From Candidatus Brockarchaeota archaeon (GTDB lineage: Archaea; Thermoproteota; EX4484-205; JAAOZP01): DNA of 64,000 bases. A model generated the notes under the pieces. It did not search any database. It was not told the DNA's origin and was given only the letters and a program-made list of their open reading frames with translations. The stretch spans positions 56,455-120,454 of the forward strand of contig JAFNJB010000055.1 in NCBI GenBank assembly GCA_017601245.1, in the 5' to 3' direction. Each line of letters opens with the position of its first letter. Positions within the stretch are counted from its first letter, which is position 1. A program made the position numbers and the translations under genes. This document shows, one piece after another, positions 57,158 through 64,000 of this stretch.

Positions 57158-58363
57158 CTATCCTCTGAGTATTATCTTCTTTACGAAGTTTATTATTTCA
57201 GCCTGGTCTCCTGTTTCCCTTACTCGTTCAAGCTCCTCTTTCCTAGCATATATCAAAAGGGCTTTTTTAGCAAGGTTTGCAAAAATCTCCTTAGATAAGT
57301 ACATCGCTTTAACGGGATCTGTCCTATAGGTAAATTGATCTTCACCGAACCATCCGTCGTAGCCAGTGTCTATTGCTGAATAAATGAAATCAACCATCCT
57401 CCATATGTCTCCGGTTCCGGCAATCCTGTCCTCATCATTACTGTGAAGCTTAGCCGTATTTATATGGAAGTTGACTAAAGGTACTCCAAAAGTCTTTAAG
57501 GCATACACTGTAGCTGCTGGTTCGACAGCGTACATTTGCTCATGTCCATAATCTATACACACACCCATATTATTCCCTCCACATCGTTCGTTAACGGTCT
57601 TAGCAACTAAGGCTGCATGATGGGTAGTTGGTATAACCATATTGCCCTCTCTCGGCTCGTGGAGTTTAGCTTCAATACCGAATATAAGCCCGGATTTCTT
57701 AGCCTCTCTATTTATTTTCTCACACCCGTCTATGAAAAACTCAAGTTGCTTACCATAGTTTACCTCGAAATTATAATCCCAGCCGTCGGATCCCGGCCAT
57801 AGGGAAACACTGTTACAACCAAGTTCCTTGGCAATTTCAACTGCCTGAATAGCTATTTGAATAGCTTCTTCTCTTACTTTTGGAGACGGGTTTGTTATGC
57901 CTCCCATTTTCCACTTCGGGTCCGTCCAAAGATTTATGTTCATGTTTGTTGGTACCAACCCTAGCTTCTTTAACTCATCTTTAACTTCTCCGATAAAGCT
58001 CTGCACTTTCCTATAATTAGAGTCTATAAAGAGCACATCATGAAACTCGACCCCCTTTATGCCTGCTTGCTTAATTCTACGGAGTTGAGAAATTATATCG
58101 CTTCTGAAGTTCGGGTCGTTGCTATTATAACCTCTGGTAGCAAACCTGTCCATGAAATCTCCTGCAGACCAGTGTCCAGCTGCAAATTTTATACCAAAAT
58201 CCTCAAAAAACTTGTCAATTATGTCCCCCTCAAGATATTCTGAGTATTCTGTTTCCAATTTTTTAAGAATATCAATACTTATCTTCATTTGCAATGAGAA
58301 AAGATCCTGGAAGCTAATAAGTATTTCGTTATGCTTCACTACTCTATTTATCCAACAATACAT
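57158..58363 (-). CDS. xylose-isomerase-fold (TIM-barrel) sugar isomerase, XylA/RhaI-like
   Basis: KFAAGHWSAGDFMDRF (cf. XylA F-x-F-G-x-W-T) and GVEFHDVLFID (cf. XylA FCFHDRD). 401 aa. Confidence 0.55.
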   Translation of the reverse strand: MYCWINRVVKHNEILISFQDLFSLQMKISIDILKKLETEYSEYLEGDIIDKFFEDFGIKFAAGHWSAGDFMDRFATRGYNSNDPNFRSDIISQLRRIKQAGIKGVEFHDVLFIDSNYRKVQSFIGEVKDELKKLGLVPTNMNINLWTDPKWKMGGITNPSPKVREEAIQIAIQAVEIAKELGCNSVSLWPGSDGWDYNFEVNYGKQLEFFIDGCEKINREAKKSGLIFGIEAKLHEPREGNMVIPTTHHAALVAKTVNERCGGNNMGVCIDYGHEQMYAVEPAATVYALKTFGVPLVNFHINTAKLHSNDEDRIAGTGDIWRMVDFIYSAIDTGYDGWFGEDQFTYRTDPVKAMYLSKEIFANLAKKALLIYARKEELERVRETGDQAEIINFVKKIILRG

Positions 58364-58423
58364 CTCCTTAAGGCTGTTAAATTTAATGGGAAAAGAATTC
58401 CTAACAGGACCATGATGCTTTCT

Positions 58424-59380
58424 TTACTGATATTTTTCTTTCCTCATCCACTCTCCGATTTCTCTTAGCCTTTTTACCTGTTCTGGATCAAGTTCACCAT
58501 TTGGTAAAGGTCCAACGTTTAATAGTAGGTTTGCACCTAATCTATTCACCTTTTTCAAAATCTCTATGAGCTCCAAGCTGGACTTATAGTTCTTGTCATC
58601 CTTATTATAGCCCCAGCTATTGTTAATAGTCATACAGGTTTCTAAAGGAAGATTTGAAACCTTAGCTTTGTTAAAGCCAGAGGTATTCTCCCCTGGGGCA
58701 TCTTGTTCAAATATTTGAAAGTCCTCTCCTGGAAAAGGATCTACATGATGATTATTACCTATTAGGGCTGACGGTTGAAGCGAATGTATCATATCGTAGA
58801 GTTCTCCGAGACGCCAATCAGCATCAGGCTTATCCCACCATCCATCGAACCAGAAACCAGCTATCTCGCCATAGTTTAAGCAGAGTTCTCTCACCTGTCC
58901 AATATAGTATTCAAGATACCTATTCCAATCTCCACCCGGTTCTCTACCCGAGTATTGGCCAGTAATGCCCAGAGGATAGTAATCCGGGTGATGCCAATCG
59001 AGTAATGAGTAATATATGAACACCTTAATACCGTTCTTTCTGGCTACTTCTACGAGTTCCTTCAGAACATCTCTCTTGAAAGGTGTGTTAGTTACTTTAT
59101 AATCAGTGAGCTCAGAGTCATACATGCAAAACCCATCGTGATGCTTACTCGTGAAGGTTATGTATTTCGCACCGGCCTCTTTAAAAATACTAATCCATTT
59201 TTCAGCGTCGAATAGGACAGGGTTGAATTGATCTTTAAGCTTCTCATATTCTTTAATGCTCATTCTATCGTTATGCATAACCCATTCTCCTTTTCCCAAA
59301 ATGGAGTAAATCCCCCAATGGATGAATATGCCGAACTTTGCCTCTCTAAACCACTTTATTGAAACCTCCCTGTTGCTCAT
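58424..59380 (-). CDS. GH29 alpha-L-fucosidase (catalytic domain only)
   Basis: KFGIFIHWGIYS, KHHDGFCMYDS, YYSLLDWHHPDY are GH29 hallmarks. 318 aa. Confidence 0.8.
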   Translation of the reverse strand: MSNREVSIKWFREAKFGIFIHWGIYSILGKGEWVMHNDRMSIKEYEKLKDQFNPVLFDAEKWISIFKEAGAKYITFTSKHHDGFCMYDSELTDYKVTNTPFKRDVLKELVEVARKNGIKVFIYYSLLDWHHPDYYPLGITGQYSGREPGGDWNRYLEYYIGQVRELCLNYGEIAGFWFDGWWDKPDADWRLGELYDMIHSLQPSALIGNNHHVDPFPGEDFQIFEQDAPGENTSGFNKAKVSNLPLETCMTINNSWGYNKDDKNYKSSLELIEILKKVNRLGANLLLNVGPLPNGELDPEQVKRLREIGEWMRKEKYQ

Positions 59381-59489
59381 TGTTAGAAACTAAAACCCGA
59401 TCAGAGATTTATTAATTCAACTTCTTATCTACAGCCATCAAACTGTAAATGTTCTTCTGGAAGAATATTATACATCTTCTTGTTAAAAA

Positions 59490-59705
59490 TCAGCCGACAC
59501 TTGGAAATGCCAATATCTTCTGAATCTCTCTTTCAAGCTCTTTTTCCTTTTGCCAATAAAATTCGTAAGCATCGGGTCCAATAGCCTTCTCTTTTTTCTT
59601 CCTAACCTCCTCTAATTGTGCTTTTAGAGAAGAAAGTAGCTTTTCCTTTAAGTCTTCCGCCTCTTCTTTGGCTTTTTTCTCGTCAAATACTAGTACGGGC
59701 TCCAT
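59490..59705 (-). CDS. small charged coiled-coil protein (paralogue of 53031-53333)
   Basis: 71 aa; shared motif with 53031-53333 (see above). TATA-like tatatataaa and a perfect palindrome immediately upstream. Confidence 0.45.
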   Translation of the reverse strand: MEPVLVFDEKKAKEEAEDLKEKLLSSLKAQLEEVRKKKEKAIGPDAYEFYWQKEKELEREIQKILAFPSVG

Positions 59706-59748
59706 CCAGGTCTCGGAGAGGCCTTTGTTTTCCTATATATAAACTTTT

Positions 59749-59770
59749 GTTTTTGAAATGTTTCAAAAAC
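59749..59770. promoter_or_regulatory. perfect 10-2-10 palindrome next to a TATA-like box, upstream of minus-strand gene 59490-59705
   Basis: GTTTTTGAAA-TG-TTTCAAAAAC; tatatataaa lies at 59733-59743, about 30 nt from the ATG at 59705. Confidence 0.4.
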
Positions 59771-59986
59771 AATTTGAAAATGTTTTTGGCTAAGAAAAGG
59801 CGTAAAAACGCCATTTTTGACCAATCATTCTTTTTAACATGAAAATGTTAAAAAACAATTTTGTTAAAATATCTCATCCTAGACAGGATTTCTCTTTTTC
59901 TCACTTGGCTGCGAGTTTCCATTTTTGACAAGTTATCCCCATGCTTCCAAATTTTATATTGATTTGCAAGTCTTTTAGTCTAGAAG

Positions 59987-60700
59987 ATGGCGAAGACACT
60001 TCTCCATATTTCTAAAATGATTGACCACTCGCTTTTACACCCCGCCCTTTCAGATGATGATCTTAAAGCAGGATGTATATTGGCAAAGAAGTACGATGTT
60101 GCAGCAGTATGCATTAAACCGTATGCTGTTAAGCTTGCTAAAGAAATACTTTCCGGAACGAGTGTAGCAGTGTGTACAGTTGTGGGTTTTCCTCATGGGA
60201 GTAGTACTACGGAGATGAAAGTAGAAGAAACCCGAAGAGCCTGTGAAGAGGGTGCAACTGAGATAGACTTCGTTGTAAACATTGGGAAAGTCCTCAGTAG
60301 AGACTGGGATTATGTATCTAGAGAGATAAAGATGATTAACGATACTGCAATCGAAAAGGGTGCTATAGTCAAGGTTATATTTGAAAACGGCTATTTGACT
60401 GATGAACTTAAGATAAAGCTTTGCCACATATGCAATCAACATCGAGTAGCTTTTGTTAAAACATCAACTGGATACTGCTTTGTAAGACAACCCGATGGTA
60501 CCTACGTATACAAGGGCGCTGTTGAAGAAGACGTTATTCTAATGCGTAGAGAATGCATTCCCGAAATTCAGGTAAAAGCAGCGGGCGGTATTAGAACTCT
60601 TGATGACCTGCTTAGGTTTAAAGCCCTAGGGGCGACTAGAATAGGGACTTCAGCAACAGAGACCATAATTGAAGAGGCTAAGAGACGCGGCTATAGGTAG
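59987..60700 (+). CDS. deoC: deoxyribose-phosphate aldolase
   Basis: IDHSLLHP ... VAAVCIKPYAV ... VCTVVGFPHGSSTT ... GATEIDFVVNIG (Schiff-base Lys region in FVKTSTG). 237 aa. Confidence 0.8.
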   Translation: MAKTLLHISKMIDHSLLHPALSDDDLKAGCILAKKYDVAAVCIKPYAVKLAKEILSGTSVAVCTVVGFPHGSSTTEMKVEETRRACEEGATEIDFVVNIGKVLSRDWDYVSREIKMINDTAIEKGAIVKVIFENGYLTDELKIKLCHICNQHRVAFVKTSTGYCFVRQPDGTYVYKGAVEEDVILMRRECIPEIQVKAAGGIRTLDDLLRFKALGATRIGTSATETIIEEAKRRGYR

Positions 60701-60817
60701 CATTAATTTTCTTAAATTGATGATGGAATTATTCTCCCAATATACTTCCCACATATTTCCAATTGTGCTAAGGATTTCTTACGAAGAGTTCTTAAATGTC
60801 TGATTTGTTTTAGAAAC

Positions 60818-61696
60818 ATGCGAAGCATCGGCACAAGTAATTTAGGTTACTTACTTTTAGTTCTCGTCTCGATTCTCTGGGGCACCTCATTTCCATTGAT
60901 CAAGATGGTTACGGCAAGTATTGATGCTAACGAGTATGTAGCATTTAGGTTCATATTAACTGTTTTCATACTTTCACCCTATTTTGTTTATGTTCTCTTA
61001 AAGAAGAGAAACGAGTTTTTCAAAGTTGCTAAACCAGGAGTAATATTGGGATTAATGTATTTCGGTGGAATATTCTTCCAAGGTCTAGGGACGAAATACA
61101 CAACGGCTTCAAACTCAGGGTTTATAACAAGCCTCTACATCCCTATAGTGTACGTCATTGATGTATTAAACCATAGATTGAATTACAGTCACAGGTTTAC
61201 GCTAGCACTTTTTTTATCGATGTTAGGAATATATTTGATCTCCGGCGGATATTATGAATTGAGGATTGGAGATTTAATAGTTTTAATAAGCGCTTTCTTC
61301 TGGGCGTTTCAAATCCTAGCTATTGACAAGTTTTCCAAAGAGGGTTTCTTTTCACTCGATCTAGTATTCTTCCAGTATGCAGTGACTGCTCTCCTTGGAT
61401 CAGTATCTGCTTCCTCTTCTTTAAATCTTTTAAAAATGAGTGAAGTCTTTTTTCCACTTCTTTACCTGGCGGTTGTATGCTCTATTCTCGTAGGTGTTTT
61501 ACAAATAATAGGTCAGAGATACACAACCGCCTCCCAAGCCTCTCTGATATACGTGCTTGAACCAGTATTCGCAGCCCTTTTCTCATTCGTGTTATTAGGC
61601 GAAAGGCTTAATGTCCCTGAGCTGGCTGGTGCTTTCTTAATACTGTGTTCAGTATTAATATCTTCATGGGAGGCCACTAGAGTAAAAACAGATTAG
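60818..61696 (+). CDS. EamA/DMT-superfamily transporter
   Basis: Ten TM helices in a 2x5 arrangement. 292 aa. Confidence 0.7.
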   Translation: MRSIGTSNLGYLLLVLVSILWGTSFPLIKMVTASIDANEYVAFRFILTVFILSPYFVYVLLKKRNEFFKVAKPGVILGLMYFGGIFFQGLGTKYTTASNSGFITSLYIPIVYVIDVLNHRLNYSHRFTLALFLSMLGIYLISGGYYELRIGDLIVLISAFFWAFQILAIDKFSKEGFFSLDLVFFQYAVTALLGSVSASSSLNLLKMSEVFFPLLYLAVVCSILVGVLQIIGQRYTTASQASLIYVLEPVFAALFSFVLLGERLNVPELAGAFLILCSVLISSWEATRVKTD

Positions 61697-61747
61697 TTGA
61701 AAAATTCTTAAGGCTGTAATATCGAAAAATCATTTCTAGAATGTGGC

Positions 61748-62479
61748 TCAATATAGATTTAATATGGAGAATGCTTCCGGCATTAATATATAGAAGATCA
61801 TTAAGATTAAAAAAGAGGATATTGGGACAGTTATATTATCATCGATAGGTCCAAATTCAAAATGTTCTATAATACTGCTAACTAGACCCGCAATCACTCC
61901 TGGTAGTGCAAGCTTTAGCCCTATTACAACGTTAACTATGGCCATAGCAAGATTCCCCCACCATGATTTAGTCCTCCTCTTGAACATAATGTTTCTAACT
62001 AGACCCGTTGCGGCGTCTCCAAGCGCCATGAAGAGTATTGGTATTACACCAAACCAAAAGTTTCCATTGGTTAACACCCATCCGGCAGTGAGTATTAGTC
62101 CCCAGCTTAGGCAGAAATGTACTTCATAAGCATTATCCCTGGTTTGAAACCAATACATCGGCTTATTTATTAAATGAGGTATGAGGGTAAAAACACCCAG
62201 TATCATCGAGAGGGAAAGCGGGTACAAGGGTGTGCTGAATAAAAAGGGCACAAGATACCCTATTATTCCTCCTGCGAGAATGTGAATCATCTTCCTGTTG
62301 TAATACACGGCAACGTTATCAGGAACCTTCTTAATCATAGCCTTGTAAAAGAAATACGTTAATACACCTACGACGAATAATACCCATAGGAATAATGCTC
62401 CTGCATAAGTCGCTTCAATCACAAGAGTTTCAAACATTGTCTTAGAAACCTTTAGACAATTATAAAAACTGTTCTCCAT
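61748..62479 (-). CDS. CTP-dependent polyprenol/dolichol kinase or CdsA-family membrane protein
   Basis: Polytopic with FMALGDAATGLVRN, which resembles the CTP-transferase_1/dolichol-kinase G-D-x-x-A-x-x-x-G motif. Confidence 0.4.
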   Translation of the reverse strand: MENSFYNCLKVSKTMFETLVIEATYAGALFLWVLFVVGVLTYFFYKAMIKKVPDNVAVYYNRKMIHILAGGIIGYLVPFLFSTPLYPLSLSMILGVFTLIPHLINKPMYWFQTRDNAYEVHFCLSWGLILTAGWVLTNGNFWFGVIPILFMALGDAATGLVRNIMFKRRTKSWWGNLAMAIVNVVIGLKLALPGVIAGLVSSIIEHFEFGPIDDNITVPISSFLILMIFYILMPEAFSILNLY

Positions 62480-62529
62480 CTATCCTTCTATTTACAATTT
62501 TAAAAACCTGCTTTTCAGCTAATTTTAAC

Positions 62530-62982
62530 CTACAAGGGCAGGCTAAAATCCTCTTTAACAATCGTTAATACGAAATGAGTATTGGCCCTTTCAACATTCG
62601 GTATCGATAATACTTTTTTAGTGAACTTGCTTAATTCAGAAGGGTTTCTGAATCTTCCTATCACTATAGCGTCAACATCTCCCGTGACATCGTAGACTGC
62701 ACAGACTCCAGGTAATTCAGCTAGTTTCTGTTCTACTTCAACAAGCTTACCCTTGGATACTGTTACTTCAGTTATGCTAGTTACAGTATACCCGAGCTTT
62801 TGATAATCAACGCTCACCGTATATTTCTTTATTATTCCCTTCTCCTCCATCTTTCTTATTCTAGACAATACTGTCCCGGGAGCAACGCCAAGCTTCTTAG
62901 CAATCCTCCTATAGGTAACCCTGGAATCCTCCATGAATTCCCTTAATATTTTCAAATCGAGTTCATCTATAACTGATTCCAT
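62530..62982 (-). CDS. lrp: Lrp/AsnC-family transcriptional regulator
   Basis: HTH LDLKILREFMEDSRVTYRRIAKKLGVAPGTVLSRIRKMEEKGII plus C-terminal RAM domain. 150 aa. Confidence 0.85.
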   Translation of the reverse strand: MESVIDELDLKILREFMEDSRVTYRRIAKKLGVAPGTVLSRIRKMEEKGIIKKYTVSVDYQKLGYTVTSITEVTVSKGKLVEVEQKLAELPGVCAVYDVTGDVDAIVIGRFRNPSELSKFTKKVLSIPNVERANTHFVLTIVKEDFSLPL

Positions 62983-63024
62983 CCCAAACCTATTCTAGGT
63001 TTTCTCCATAGTTATAAAGGTTTT

Positions 63025-64000
63025 TCAAAAGTTTTCCAAGACCTTATCAATGAAGCTTTGCAGAAAATCTTCATAATCTCTTAAATCGCTCTCGTTAGGA
63101 TAGTTCACATATTCTCTTACTGGAGACAGAACATCGTAACCCGCGTCTTTCAACAGTATAGGAATCTTATTTGCGGCAGCACCTCCCCATAGCTTAGTAA
63201 CCACTACTGCAGAGATCTTCCCTTCCCCAAGCTTCTTTATCCTCATGAGTTCAATAAGATTGGTTATTGGAGGGAATATGTTTCCTTCGTAAATTGGGGT
63301 TATGAAAAGAACTCCCGCAGAGTCAAGTACATCGCTTAACACATGGTTTAAATCATTACCTACAGCATTATGCATAACGACTTCAACCTTTCTGCTAATA
63401 ATGTTCTTCGCGAATTCTGCGAGTTTTTCAGTAAGGCCATACATCGTTCCATATATTATTGTTATCTTCCTTTTCTTTTCCATATTACACCAAGAAAGCA
63501 ACTCTTTCATGAACTCTTTTATTCTGCTTCTCAATACAGCACCATGAGATGGTGCTATTATTTCAGGATTAATTCCTAGCCTACTAACCTTATCGAGTGC
63601 TCTTAGTACCATTTGTCTATAGGTGACTACAACTGTAGCAAAGTATTCCTTAGCTTCATGCATGTATTTTACAAAATCGATCTCATCATCGAACACAGGT
63701 TTTTCTAAGGCGCCGAATGCTCCAAAGGCATCGGAACTGAACAAAATTTTTTCATCTTCCAAATAGAGAAACATGGTGTCCGGCCAATGTATCCACGGTA
63801 ACTCAATAACCCTAAGAATCCTATTACCAATAGTTATCTCATCCCCGTCTTTAACAACATTCGTCTCAAGATTAAACATGCTCCTCATAAAAAATGAGGC
63901 TCGTGAAGTAGAATACACAATTGGATTACCGATCCTGCTTAATATGCCGCTTATTAAACCACTATGGTCAGGCTCCGTGTGTAAAACAGCTATTTTCCTT
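63025..64000 (-). CDS. flavodiiron protein (FprA-type; metallo-beta-lactamase + flavodoxin domains), 3' part (partial; start beyond the right edge)
   Basis: The frame stays open to the window end. Upstream in-frame residues KIAVLHTEPDHSGL carry the di-iron H-x-E-x-D-H motif; the C-terminal flavodoxin-like domain begins ITIIYGTMYGLTEKLA. Confidence 0.75.
   Translation of the reverse strand, partial: RKIAVLHTEPDHSGLISGILSRIGNPIVYSTSRASFFMRSMFNLETNVVKDGDEITIGNRILRVIELPWIHWPDTMFLYLEDEKILFSSDAFGAFGALEKPVFDDEIDFVKYMHEAKEYFATVVVTYRQMVLRALDKVSRLGINPEIIAPSHGAVLRSRIKEFMKELLSWCNMEKKRKITIIYGTMYGLTEKLAEFAKNIISRKVEVVMHNAVGNDLNHVLSDVLDSAGVLFITPIYEGNIFPPITNLIELMRIKKLGEGKISAVVVTKLWGGAAANKIPILLKDAGYDVLSPVREYVNYPNESDLRDYEDFLQSFIDKVLENF

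Noticed and set aside
1-64000. tRNA, rRNA or CRISPR arrays
   Set aside because: Intergenic gaps (12126-12287, 21500-21797, 29831-30153, 34847-35096, 37590-37878, 54455-54893, 59706-59986) were read for T-loop GTTCRANYC / acceptor-stem symmetry and for regularly spaced direct repeats. None was found.

Overview
This 64 kb window is a densely packed (about 90% coding), moderately AT-rich stretch of archaeal chromosome with about 70 genes. It looks crenarchaeal (Thermoprotei-like): surface proteins carry a signal peptide plus a C-terminal TM anchor, there is a DNRLRE-domain giant surface protein, an archaeal GPN-loop GTPase, Ogg2-type glycosylase, THUMP tRNA methyltransferase, HerA/NurA, and a presenilin homologue. 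Both window edges cut genes: a Lhr-type helicase at the left and a flavodiiron protein at the right. Recognisable housekeeping content includes nadE, NUDIX, cytidylate kinase, a TldD/TldE protease pair, purB, HtpX, Nnr, endonuclease III, class III anaerobic ribonucleotide reductase NrdD, a complete Opp/Dpp-type ABC peptide importer, DeoC and Lrp. Less ordinary content: (1) a compact HerA-like ATPase / NurA nuclease / DHH-DHHA1 phosphoesterase operon that is not next to mre11-rad50; (2) an operon encoding a multi-zinc-ribbon protein with a nuclease-like C-terminal domain, translationally coupled to a presenilin/SPP-type intramembrane protease; (3) a CofC-like / CofE-like / RimK-like (CofF-like) ligase cluster; (4) a thioredoxin-CcdA(DsbD) fusion beside a cysteine-containing secreted protein with an internal duplication; (5) a bacterial-style phosphorylative L-fucose/L-rhamnose module (GH29 fucosidase, xylose-isomerase-fold isomerase, FGGY kinase, class II aldolase); (6) a surE gene broken by two frameshifts; and (7) several small proteins outside the ORF track, including a 49-aa Lys/Ala-rich basic protein and two paralogous small coiled-coil proteins. 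I found no tRNA, rRNA or CRISPR array.
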